This document shows positions 1-11,567 of a stretch of 64,000 bases of DNA, one piece after another. The notes under the pieces are model-generated. The model saw only the letters and a program-made list of their open reading frames with translations. It was not told the origin of the DNA and searched no databases. Position 1 is the stretch's first letter; each line of letters begins with the position of its first letter. The DNA is taken from the NCBI GenBank assembly GCA_030390025.1, contig CM059431.1:104038001-104102000 (forward strand), given 5' to 3'. The position numbers and the translations under genes were made by a program. The DNA is from Squalus acanthias. Taxonomy: Eukaryota.

Positions 1-790
1 CTTTGCACTTCAGTACTCTCCAGTTTCTTGCCATTAAGATAATAAATTGCTCTAGGATTTTTCCTGCCAAAGTGCATCACCTCACACTTTCCAGTGCTGT
101 ATTCCATCTGCCAAATCTCTGCCCACTTACTTAGCCTGTCTATGTCCCCTTGCAGGTTTTTTATGTCCTCCTCACTCACTACTTTCCCTCCCATCTTTGT
201 ATCATCTGCAAATTTTGATATGTTACACTTGGTCCCTTCCTCCAAATCGTTAATATAGATTGTGAAGAGTTGGGGACCCAGCACTGACCCCTGTGGAACA
301 CCACTAGTTACTGATTGCCAGTCTGAGAATGAACCATTTATCCCAACTCTTTGCTTTCTGTTAGATAGCCAATCCTCTATCCATGCCAGAATATTACCCC
401 CAATCCCGTGATTTTTTACCTTAAGCAATAATCTTTTGTGTGGCACCTTGTCAAATGCCTTTTGGAAGTCTAAATACACTACGTCCACTGGTTCCCCTTT
501 ATCCACTCTATATGTTACTTCCTCAAAGAACTCCAGCAAATTTGTCAAACATGACTTCCCCTTCGTAAAACCATGCTGACTTTGTCCTATTAAATTATGA
601 TTATCCAAATGTCTTGTTACTGTTTCCTTAATAATGGACTCCAAAATTTTACCTACCACAGATGTTAGGCTAACCGGTCTATAGTTACCAGCCTTCTGTC
701 TACTGCCCTTTTTAAATAAGGGTGTTACATTAGCAGTTTTCCAGTCTGCCGGGACCTTAGCGGAATCCAGGGAGTTTTGAAAAATTATTA
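1..790 (-). mobile_element. CR1 LINE ORF2 (RT) fragment, runs off the window start
   Basis: Minus strand encodes GVPQGSVLGPQLFTIYINDL...ISKFAD-type RT motifs, colinear with the CR1 at 57222-59704. Confidence 0.9.
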
Positions 791-792
791 CC

Positions 793-1236
793 TTTTTTTT
801 TTTTTTTGCATTTCTACAGCGTCTTTCATGTCCTCAGGATGCCTCAAAGCTCTTTAGAGCCAATGGAGTACTTTTTTTTTAAGTGGAGTCACTGTTGTAA
901 TGTGGGAAACGCGGCAGCCAATTTGTGCACAGTAAGCTCCCACAAACAGCAATGTGATAATGACCAGATAATCTGTTTTTAGTGATGTTGATTGAGGAAT
1001 AAATATTGGCCGGAACACTAGGGATAACTCCCCTGCTCTTCTTCGAAATAGTGGCCGTGGGGTCTTTCACGTCCACCTGAGAGAGCAGACGGGGCCTCGG
1101 TTTAATGTCTCATCCAAAAGACGGCACCTCCGATAGTGCAACACTCCCTCAGCACTGCACTCAAAGTGTCAGCCTAGATTGTTGTGCTCAAGTCTCTGGA
1201 GTGCGACTTGAACCCACAACCTTCTGACTCCGAAGG
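793..1236 (-). mobile_element. tRNA-derived Deu-domain SINE (SacSINE1/AmnSINE-like) with L2-like tail
   Basis: Minus strand has B-box GGTTCAAGTC and the Deu-like core GATGAGACATTAAACCGAGGCCCC...GAAGAAGAGCAGGGGAG; many copies in the window. Confidence 0.85.
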
Positions 1237-1269
1237 TCAAGAGAGAGCTTGAAATTATATCGTACCTTA

Positions 1270-1592
1270 TCAAGTCCCAAAGCACTTTTCCACCAATGGG
1301 TTACATTTAAAGTGCAATCACTGTAGTCATGTAAGCAAAACAAAGCAGTCAGTTGGCATACATCATGGCCCCACAAACAGTAAATGGATGACTGAGCAGG
1401 TAATCTGTTTTTGGCAGTGTGGGTTTGAGGGAGTGATATTGGGCCAGGACAGCAAGTGGACTCCATGCTTTTTTTAGAATAGTGCCATGGATTCTTTTAT
1501 ATCCCTCTGAACAACTGGCCAGTTTAATTTGAAAGACAGCGTGCCCGATTGTGCAGCACAGTCTCAGTACTGCACAATAGTGTCAGCCTAGA
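1270..1592 (-). mobile_element. Older, decayed Deu-SINE copy
   Basis: Diverged but colinear with 793-1236. Confidence 0.65.
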
Positions 1593-1693
1593 TAATGGGG
1601 TAGAGTTTCTGTTAGTTTTGCGCCTAGATAACAGCGCAATCGACCGAACCAGCGTAAGTACGGGGTGCTCCAAGTTTGTGGTGAGGGGATATT

Positions 1694-2930
1694 TTTTTCT
1701 TTATTCGTTCATGGGATGTGGATGTCGCTGGCAAGGCCAGCATTTATTGCCCATCCCTAGTTGCCCTTGAGAATGTGGTGGTGAGCTGCCTTCTTGAACC
1801 GCTGCAGTCTGTGTGGTGAAGGTGCTCCCACAGTGCTGTTAGGGAGGGAGTTCCAGGATTTTGACCCAGCGACGATGAAGGATCGGCGATATACTTCCAA
1901 GTCAGGATGGTGTGTGACTTGGAGGGGAACTTGGAGGTGGTAGTGTTCCCATGCGCCTGCTGCCCTTGTCCTTCTAGGTGGAAGAGGTCGCGGGTTTGGG
2001 AGGTGCTGCCGAAGAAGCCTTGGTGAGTTGCTGCAGTGCATCTTGTAGATGGTACACACTGCCACCACGGTGCACCAATGGTGGAGGGAGTGAATGTTTA
2101 AGGTGGTGGATGGGGAGCCAATCAAGCGGGCTGCTTTGTCTTGGATGGTGTCAAGCTTCTTGAGTGTTGTTGGAGCTGCACTCATCCAGACAAGTGGAGT
2201 GTATTCCATCACACTCCTGACTTGTGCCTTGTAGATGGTGGAAAGGCTTTGGGGAGTCAGGAGGTGAGACACTCGCCGCAGAATACTTAGCCTCTGACCT
2301 GCGCTTGTTGCCACAGTATTTATGTGGCTGGTCCAGTTAAGTTTCTGGTCAATATCGACCCCCAGGATGTTGATGGTGGGGGATTTGGCGATGGTAATGC
2401 CGTTGAATGTCAAGGGGTGGTGGTTAGACTCTTGCTTGTTTGAGATAGTCATTGCCTGGCACTTGTGTGCTGCGAATGTTACCTGCCACTTATCAGCCCA
2501 AGCCTGAACGTCGTCCAGGTCTCGTTGCATGCGGGCATGGACTGTTTCATTATCTGAGGAGTTGTGAATGGCACTGAACACTGTGCAGTCATCAGCGGAC
2601 ATCCCCATTTCTCACCTTATGTTGGAGGGAAGGTCGTTGATGAAGCAGCTGAAGATGGTTGGGCCTAGGACACTGCCCTGAGGAACTACTGCAGTGATGT
2701 CCTGGGGCTGTGAGAATTGACCTCCAACCACCACAACCATCTTCCTTTGTGCTAGGTATGACTCCAGTCAGGAGAGGGTTTTCCCCCTGATTCCCATTGA
2801 TTTCAGTTTTACTAGGGCTCCTTGATGTCACTCTTGGTCAAATGCCTCCTTGATGTCAAGGGCAGTCATTCTCACCTCACCTCTGGAATTCAGCTCCTTT
2901 GTCCATGTTTGGACCAAGGCTGTAATGAGG
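1694..2930 (-). mobile_element. CR1/L2-group LINE (Crack/Daphne-like), 3' part of RT with A-rich tail
   Basis: ORF 1757-2608: ADDCTVF, WADKWQVTF, LGVDIDQKLNW, YKAQVRSVMEY; same family at 3950, 28715, 30100, 34185 and 55417. Confidence 0.85.
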
Positions 2931-2961
2931 TTGAGAGAGAGTATTGCTCCGTGTATGCATG

Positions 2962-3769
2962 GGCCCGTATTTTCCGATCCCTACGGGTGTGTACGAGCTG
3001 TGTACACACCCGTAGGGACATCGGAAATGCCGGTTTCAGGCATGCGAAGCACATGCGCTGAAAACCGGCATTTCCAATCTGTCAAGAATCCTCTTGACAG
3101 ATCGGACGCCTGCCCTGGAGAAGGGCCTCTGCGGGGGGAGAGTTACGCTTTCTGCAGAACCTCCGCCCACTGAAAACCCTTAGAAATCCTACGCCTGGTA
3201 AAAGCAGCGTAAGGCCTGCTTTTACCAGCATAAGAGTTTAAAAAGTAAACTAATTTATAATTTAAAAATACTTTTAAAAAAGGTAAGTTTATTTTTAGCC
3301 CCGTAAAAAAACTTTAATTATTTTTTTCAAAAAATTAAATTTTTGTTTAAAATATTTAATTTGATGTAATTTTAACTCATATTAAAAACGTGATTTAAAA
3401 AAAAATGTATTTAATGTTTTAGTGTCTTTTTGGGGTGATCTCCATTCATATATTTAACAGGTCAATCTGTCAAAAGTATGAAGGGAGATTCCCTTCTTTC
3501 ATTGGCTGGCCTGGCCCATGTGATCCCCGGGACGCTTGCGAACTGCCTGCGCCCCTGGGATACGTGGGCCCTGCGCATTCGACTGTGGAGAGACCCAGGA
3601 TCAAAGTGTCCGGACCTTGGGAGCCCTCAGGTAAGGGCGTAGATTTTTTTCGAGCAGGCTCGAAGGGCCGAATGGCCTACTCCTGCTCCTATTTTTCTAT
3701 GTTTTTTTTTCTATGTTTCCAACAGGAGGCATCCACACGCAGGAAGCCTCCTATCGGAAATTACGGTCC
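2962..3769. mobile_element. PIF/Harbinger-type MITE, family A
   Basis: TIRs GGCCCGTATTTTCCGAT / ATCGGAAATTACGGTCC, 3-bp TSD ATG, inverted second copy at 59721-60467; contains a short CR1 3' tail insert at ~3651-3718. Confidence 0.8.
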
Positions 3770-3949
3770 ATGGTGTATTTGAGCTGGAGGTGTTTGAGCA
3801 ATCGACTTAACACCTATTAGTGCACACTGAACAAAACAACTTGGCAAACATTCACATTTCAATGCCTTTGATATTGCCCTTTTGCACACTAGAGCATGGT
3901 GCCATCTTTCGGATGAGACATTAAACCAAGGCCCCGTGGTGGTGCAATG

Positions 3950-4231
3950 TTTTTTTTTCGTTCCTGGGATGTGGGCGTCGCTGGCAAAGCCAGCATTTAT
4001 TGCCCATCCCTTGTTGCCCTTGAGAAGGTGGTGGTGAGCCGCCTTCTTGAACCGCTGCAGTCCGTGTGGTGAAGGTACTCCCACAGTGCTGTTAGGGAGG
4101 GAGTTCCAGGATTTTGACCCAGCGACGGTGAAGGAACGGCGGTATATTTCCAAGTCAGGATGGTGTGTGACTTGGAGGGGAACTTGGAGGTGGTGGTTTT
4201 CCCATGCGACTGCTGCCCTTGTCCTTCTAGG
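3950..4231 (-). mobile_element. Crack/Daphne-like LINE 3' fragment
   Basis: Near-identical to 1694-1980. Confidence 0.85.
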
Positions 4232-4289
4232 TACTTCTACTTTTTCATTAAAATTAAAGGCAAGCGCCACCCCCATGACTCCTAACATA

Positions 4290-5310
4290 TCGGTCCTTGG
4301 ACCCCAGCTATTCACAATATATATTAATGATCTAGACAAGGGAACTAGATGTAATATCTCCAAGTTTGCAGACGACACAAAACTGGGTGGGTGTGTGTGC
4401 TGCGAGGAGGATGCTGAGAAACTCCAGGATGATTGTGACAGGTTGGGTGATTGGGCAGAAGCGTGGCAGATGCAATATAACATGGATAAATGTGAGGTTA
4501 TCCACTTTGGTGTCAAAAACAGAAAGGCAGATTATTATCTGAATGGCAATAGATTGGGAGAAGGGGAAGTGCAACGAGACCTTGGTGTCCTTGTGCACCA
4601 GTCGCTGATGGTAAGCATGCAGTTGCAGCAGGCGGTTAAGAAGGCAAATTGTATGTTGGCCTTCATAGCGAGAGGGTTTGAGTACAGGAACAAGGATGTC
4701 TTGCTGCAGTTCTACAGGGCCTTGGTGAGACCACACCTTGAGTACTGTGTGCAGTTTTGGACGGCCTTATCTGAGGAAGGATGTTCTTGCCATGGAAGGA
4801 GTGCAGCGAAGATTCACAAGGCTGATACCTGGGATGGCAGGAATGACGTATGAAGAGAGATTGGGTCGATTGGGCTTATACTCGCTGGAGTATAGAAGAA
4901 TGAGAGGGGATCTCATTGAAACTTATAAAATTCTGACAGGACAGGACAAACTAGATGCAGGAAGGATGTTCCCGATGGTCAGGGAGTCCAGAACCAGGGG
5001 TCACAGTCTAAGGATAAGGGGTAAGCCATTTAGGACTGAGATGAGGAGGAATTTCTTCACCCAGTGAGTGGTGAACCTGTGGAATTCTCTGCCACAGAAG
5101 GCAGTTGAGGCCAATTCATTAAATAGATTCAAGAAGGAGTTAGATATATTTCTTAAGTCTAAAGGGATCAAGGGATATGGGGAGAAAGCAGGGACAGGGT
5201 ACTGAATTTGGATGATCAGCCATGATCGCATTGAATGGCGGAGCAGGCTAGAGGGGCCGAATGGCCTACTCCTGCTCCTATCTTCTATGAACCTATGATC
5301 CTATGATCCT
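4290..5310 (+). mobile_element. CR1 LINE 3' fragment (young family), frameshifted
   Basis: SVLGPQLFTIYINDL, SKFADDTKLGG, RPHLEYCVQFW; CTATGA-type repeat tail; matches the 23263-27495 and 57222-59704 copies. Confidence 0.93.
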
Positions 5311-5959
5311 AACAGGTCTCAGTGCGATGACTTAGGATTACTTAGTGCCATTAGCTGTGCAGTGACGTCAGTGCTCGTGTTATTCTAAAACTCAGAAACT
5401 TGCTTCGTATGCAAGTTGCTTTGGGAGGTGACCATGTCTGATCAGCGCTGGAATAAACAAGTGGCAAAAATGGCTAGAGGAGTTGATAGAGTATCAAAAA
5501 TCTTCAGAAACAAAAAAAAAAGCTCACATCTATTTGTCAGCATCAGGAACTTCAAGGCTGCACAAAATCTGTATCTGTCATGGAATTGTGTAACATTGTT
5601 TGACAAGCCTCTCAGAAAACCCATTATTTCTCCAGGGCTCGGTACAGTTCAAAGTCACGAATCAATGTATGCGATGAGGCCAGCCTGCTCCATGCCAGAG
5701 TCTCCCCTCTACAATATCAGCAACATGTGGATGCGCTGTCAGCGCTCTGTAAAACTGTAACTCAAACGGCACTACAAAGGTTTCTCACACGCAGCTGGTT
5801 TTCCATTTCAAAGAACTGCTGCAGTATTCTGCGTCGGTTGGAGGAATAAAAAGCCCACACAGCAGTGAAGCTTCACCTAGCATATATCATGCCTGACGCA
5901 CACTTCTAATAGTGCTGTCATGTGGTATATTATCCCTTGCGCGCAGATGGAGGAGTCAG

Positions 5960-6320
5960 CCAACGGCCCAGCCCACCCCTTTACGAAACATCACCCCTTC
6001 CCTGGAAAAAGCTCTCCATATGTAGAGGCTACCATCCAGTCCCCTTATACAGCAAGATGTTGTTAGAACGTTCATGGCAAATTCTCCTGTTAAGAAGCCC
6101 GACGGTAGCTGACGATTGACAATCGAATACCGGACGCTGAATTCGGTTACCCCCCGCCTGTGGACCCGTCGTGCGAGAGGTTCCCACTTGGCTGTCCCAG
6201 ATTGCCCGGAATGCTTCCTGCTTCTCCGAATTTGATATTGCAAATGGCTTTTGGGGTGTACCTCTCTGTAAGGAAGATCAATATAAATTCACGTTTACAT
6301 TCGGGCGACCAGAGCTATAC
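5960..6320 (+). pseudogene. Retroviral-type reverse transcriptase N-terminal fragment (class III/foamy/loki-like), decayed
   Basis: NSPVKKPDGS*RLTIEYRTLNSVTP, +1 frameshift in the C6 run at 6150-6155, then ACGPVVREVPTWLSQIARNASCFSEFDIANGFWGVPLCKEDQYKFTFTF. Confidence 0.8.
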
Positions 6321-6396
6321 AAGAACAACAACAACAACTTGTATTTATATAGCGCCTTTAACGTAGTAAAAGTCCCAAGGTGCTTCACAGGTGTAT

Positions 6397-7119
6397 TCCT
6401 CGGTCGCCTGAGGAAGAGAGTGTTTGAAGGCCAGGATCTCAAACCCGGCACTAAGCTGATGGTCTACAGAGCAGCAGTGATACCCGCCCTGCTGTATGCC
6501 TCAGAGACATGGACCATGTACAGCAGGCACCTCAAAGCACTGGAGAGGTACCACCAACGCTGCCTCCGCAAGATCCTGCAAATCCATTGGCAGGATAGGC
6601 GCACCAACATCAGTGTTCTTGCTCAGGCCAACATCCCCAGCATCGAAGCTTTGACCACGCTCGAACAGCTCCGATGGACGGGTCACATTGTCCGCATGCC
6701 CGATACGAGACTCCCAAAACAAGCGCTCTACTCGGAGCTCCGGCATGGCAAGAGAGCCCCAGGTGGGCAGAGGAAATGCTTCAAGGACACCCTCAAAGCC
6801 TCCTTGAAAAAGTGTAACATCCCCACCGACACCTGGGAATCCCTGGCCCAAGACCGCACAAAGTAGAGGAGAGGCATCTGGGAAGGCGCCGAACACCTCG
6901 AGTCTCTTCGCCGGGAGCAAGCGGAAGCCAAGCGTAAACAGCGGAAGGAGCGCACGTCAACCCAATGACCCCACCCACCTGCCCCTTCAACCACCGTCTG
7001 CCCCACCTGTGACAGAGACTGTAGGTCCCGCATTGGACTCATCAGTCACCTGAGAACTCATTTTTAGTGTGGAAGCAAGTCATCCTCGGTTCCGAGGGAC
7101 TGCCTGAGAAGAAGAGAAG
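6397..7119 (+). mobile_element. RTE/BovB-like LINE 3' fragment nested in L2
   Basis: TKLMVYRAAVIPALLYASETWT, RMPDTRLPKQALYSEL, GGQRKCFKDTLK and C-terminal CPTC..RIGLISHLRTH zinc knuckle; GAA-rich tail. Confidence 0.88.
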
Positions 7120-8273
7120 ACAAAACATTTGATATGGGGAAATTAGGGCAGGTGACCAAAAGCTTGATCAAAGAGGTAGGTTTTAAGGAGAGAGAGGTAA
7201 AGAGGCGGAAAGGTTTAGGCAGGGAATTCCAGAGCTGAGGACCGAGGTAATGGTTGAGCGATTATAATCAGGGATGCTCAAGAGGGCAGAATGAGAGGAG
7301 CGCAGATATCTTGGAGGGTTGTGGGGCTGAAGGAGATTAGAGATAGGGAGGGGGCAAGGCTATGGAGGGATTTGAAAACAAGGATGAGAATTTTGAAATT
7401 GAGGCGTTGCTTAACCGGGAGCCAATGTAGGTCAGCGAGCACAGGGGTGATGGGTGAACGGGACTTGGTGCGAGTTAGGACATGGGCAGCCGAGTTTTGG
7501 ATGACCTCAAGTTTACGTAGGGTAGAACGTGGGGGGCTAGCCAGGAGTGCGTTGGAATAGTCAAGTCTAGAGGTAACAAAGGCAGGGATGAGGGTTTCAT
7601 CAGCGGATGAGCTGAGGCAAAGGCAGAGACGGGCGATGTTATGGAGGTGGAAATAGGCGGTCTCAGTGATGCCATGGATATGTGGTCGGAAGCTCATTTC
7701 AGGGTCAAATATGACACCAAGGTTGCGAACAGTGTGGTTTAGCCTCAGACAGATGTTAGGGAGAGGGATGGAGTCAGTGGCTAGGGAACAGAGTTTGTGG
7801 CGGGGACCGAAAACAATGGTCATTCCCAATATTTAATTGGAGAAAATTTCTGCTAATCCAGAAGTGGATGTCGGACAAGTAGTCTGGTAATTTAGAGACC
7901 GTGGACGGTCGAGAGAAGTGGTGGTGAGGTAGAGCTGGGTGTCATCAGCGTACAAGTGGCAACTGATGCTGTGTTTTCGGATGATGTTGCCAAGGGGCAG
8001 CAAGTAAATGAGGAATAGGAGGGGGCCAAGGATAGATCCTTGGGGGACACCAGAGGTAACAATGTGGGAGCGAGAGGAGAAGCCATTGCAGGTGATTCTC
8101 TGGCTACAATTAGATAGATAAGAATGGAACCAGGCGAGTGCAGTCCCACCCAGCTGGACGATGGTGGAGAGGCGTTGGAGTAGGATGGAGTGGTCAACCA
8201 TGTCAAAGGCTGCAGACAAGTCAAGAACGACTAGGAGGGATAGTTTACCTTTATCACTGTCACAAAGGATGTC

Positions 8274-8995
8274 ATAGAGTCATAACAGCACAGAAGGAGG
8301 CCATTCGGCGCATCGAGTCCGTGCCGGCTCTCTGTAGAGCAATCTAGTCAGTCTCATTCCCCCGCTCTATCCCCGTAGCCCTGCAAGTGCATTTCCCTCA
8401 AGTGCCTATCCAGTCTCCCCTTGAAAACATGGAGTGTCTCCGCTTCCACCACTTCCGTCGGCAGCGAATTCCAGTTTATCACTACTCGCTGTGTAAAAAA
8501 GTTTTTCCTCACATCCCCCCTGTATCTCTTGCCCAAAACCTTAAATCTGTGTCTCCTAATCCTTGTACAATCAACTAGTGGGAAGAGCCTTTCCCCGTCT
8601 AGCCTATCCAAACCCGTCATAATCTTGTACACCTCTATCAAATCACCCCTCAACCTCCTTTGCTCTAATGAAAACAAATCCAGCTTCTCCAACCTGTCCT
8701 TGTAGCTAAGATCCCCATCCCCGGAACCATTCTGGTAAATCTCCTCTGCACCTCTCAAGGGCCTTCACATCCTTTCTAAAGTGTGGTGACCAGAACTGGA
8801 CGCAATACACCAGTTGTGGCCTAACCAGCGCTTTATAAAGGTTCAGCATAACTTCTCTACTTTTGTACTCAATAACTCTATTTATGAAGCCCAAGATCCC
8901 ATATGCTTTGTTAACCACTCTCTCAAAAGGTCCTGCCACCTTCAGGGACCTATGCACATTAACTCCCAGTGCCCTTTGTCCCTGCACACTCTTTA
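8274..8995 (-). mobile_element. CR1 3' fragment nested in L2
   Basis: RPQLVYCVQFWSP, LEQRRLRGDLIEVYK, FFTQRVV; imperfect TSD ATGTCAT/ATGTAAT. Confidence 0.88.
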
Positions 8996-10789
8996 AAATG
9001 TAATTTGTGACTTTGATGAGAGCAGTATCGGTACTGTGGCAGGGGCAGAAACCAGATTGGAGGAATTCAAACGTGGAGTTGTGGTAAAGATGGGCACGGA
9101 TTTGGGAGGCGACAACACGTTCAAGGACTTTGGAGAGGAGAGGGAGGTTGGAGATGGGGCGGTAGTTTTTCAATGACAGAGGGGGTCAAGGGTAGGTTTT
9201 TTGATGAGAGGGGTGATGACGGCAGATTTGAGGGAGAGGGGGACAGTACCTGAGGAGAGAGAACTGTTAACAATGGCAGCTAACATGGGAACCAGAAAAG
9301 GAAGTTGGGTGGTCAGCAGTTTGGTGGGAATAGGGTCGAGGGAGCAGGAAGTGGGTCTCATGGACAAGATGAACGCAGAGAGATCATGAGGGGAGATTGG
9401 AGAGAAACTGGAGAAAGATGTGAGTTCAGGGCTAGGGCAGGGGGAAACCTTAGAGGAAGTTTGGCCCGGTGGGCTAGGGGAAGGATGGGAAGTGGCAGAG
9501 GCAGCTGACAGATGGTCTCAATCTTAGAGACAAAGAAGTCCATGAGCTCCTCACACTTGTTGTCGGAGGTGAGGGTGGAGGAGACACGGGAGAGGGGTTT
9601 AAGAAGATGGTTAGCAGTGGAGAATAGAGCCGGGGTTTATCTTTACATTCCAGAATGATTCTGGAATAGTGAGCAATTTTGGCAGACGAGAGCAGGACCC
9701 GATAATGCTTTATGTGGTCCAGCCAGATCTGGCGGTGAATGGCTAAACCAGTTGTCCGCCATATCCGTTCAATTCTGCGACCCTTGAACTTAAGGGAGCG
9801 AAGGTGAGGGCCATACCGGGGAAACGGCCAGGGTGAGAGAGAGTAATGGTTTTAAAAGGGACTAGGGCATCAAATGTGGTGGTGAGGGTGTGGTTGAGCA
9901 GATCAGTAGCTAGAAATGTCGCGGTGAATGGAGGGCCAAAGGCTGGGCAGTTGGGATTTCATAAGTGCTGTTGTAAGAGAGTTGGGAGAGAGTTTTTTCC
10001 AGGGACGGACACAGAAGGAAGTAGGGTTGGGGGGGGGGCGGGAGGGGGATGTGGGTGGAGAGCGATACGAGGAAGTGGTCAAAGATGGCCTTATCTGCGA
10101 TTAATACAATAGGGGTAGTGAGGCCACGAGTGATGGCAAGATCGAGGGGGTGGCCGTGAATATGGGTTGGGGAGTTTACATGGAGGGAGAGATTAAGGGA
10201 GGGTAGGAGGCTCGTGAACTCAGAGGAGAGAGAGTATGGTGAATTGAGATGGAGGTTGAAATCACCGAGGATGAGAAGCCGTTCGGTGCAGAGGCTGAGG
10301 GAGGAAAGCAGTGAAGATATCTCGGTAATAAAACGTTCATGGTACTTGGGTGGACGGTAGAGAACGAGAATTTTAAATGTGAGATGAGAGGGGTAGAATA
10401 AAGTGAAATGCTCAAAGGAGGAGAAAGTGCCGGAGGAGTAGGGGGACAGATCAAGGTGTGATTTGGTGATGAGAGCCACACTGCCACCACGGCGGTCTGA
10501 GAGAGGCAAGTGGTGGAAGGTATAGCCAGGCGGGGAGGCCTCATTTAAGGGTAAGGTGTCCCCACCCCTCAGCCAAGTTTCCGTCAGGACCATGATATAG
10601 ATGCAATCATCCACGATAAGCTTATGGATGGCAAAGGCCTTGTTGGCAAGTGAACGGACATTCTGCAGGGAGATGCGGAGAGGGTCAGTGATGGCTGACC
10701 CACTGCCAGCGTCCAAAGGGTCGGCGCTGGGAGGGGTGAGTTGGACAGGGCGGAGATTGGCAAGAGTAGCCCCCAGCGGGCGCGTGGGG

Positions 10790-11567
10790 GATTAATGGGG
10801 GATTTTAACTTTCATATAGATTGTGATAAGCAGATCAGAAAGGTAGTGAATTTCTTGAGTGTGTTCGGGATAGTTTTCTGCAACAATATGTCCTGGAACC
10901 AACAAGGCCATGTTAGATTTAGTAATGAGTAATGTGCCAGATTTAGTTAACAGCCTAACAGTGTGTGAACATTTATCTAATCGTGATCATAACATGATCG
11001 AGTTCAACGTAATGTTTGCAAGGGAGAAATGTGAAACAGCTACTAAGATTCTAGTTTTAAGTAAGGCCGACTTCAACAGGATTGGACAGAGACTGTCCAC
11101 AGTAAACTGGGCAAAGCTGTTAATGGGTAAAACGACAGAAGATCAGTGGGAGGTGTTCCAAAAAGAATTTAATGTGATACAGAACCAGTTTATACCCCTG
11201 AGGGATAATGGGCAGGTACTCTAATTGTCAGGATGTGACTAGTGATGTCCCAGGGATCTGTGCTGGGGCCTCAACTATTCACCGTATTTATTAATGACTT
11301 AGATGATGGGATAGAAAGTCACATATCCAAATTTGCCGATGGCACAAAGATAGGCGGCATTATAGGCAGTCTAGATGAAAGCATAACATTACAAAGGGAT
11401 ATTTATAGATTAAGTGAATGGGCAAAACTGTTGTAAATGGACTTCAGTGTGGGCAAATATGAGGTCATCCACTTTGGACGTAAAAAAAAGTAGAGCAGGG
11501 TACTTGCTAAATGGTGAAAAGATAAAACCAGTGGAGGTCCAAAGAGACTTGGGGGTCCAGGTACATA
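10790..11567 (+). mobile_element. Decayed, internally deleted CR1 ORF2
   Basis: MGDFN, LDLVM, DHNMIEF, QGSVLGPQLF, SKFADGTK motifs. Confidence 0.82.

Larger units (their letters stand above)
6322..10790 (-). mobile_element. Long L2 LINE (APE endonuclease, RT, (GTT)n tail), interrupted by RTE and CR1 inserts
   Basis: EN ORF 9910-10716 (QNVRSL, LTETWL, ILGDFN, GHPLDL); RT pieces NYRPISNLP, SAAFDMVDH, GVPQGSILGP, YADDTQLY, ITPVLADLHWLPV; tail at 6322-6340. Confidence 0.9.

Noticed and set aside
4047..4853. 268-aa ORF as a gene
   Set aside because: Antisense LINE 3' piece joined to a CR1 RT fragment
5363..5370. Perfect CRE TGACGTCA
   Set aside because: A single 8-mer is expected about once per 64 kb; no promoter context
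6171..6866. 231-aa ORF as a novel RT fusion protein
   Set aside because: Chance read-through of the retroviral RT relic, an antisense L2 tail (the NNNN run) and the RTE fragment
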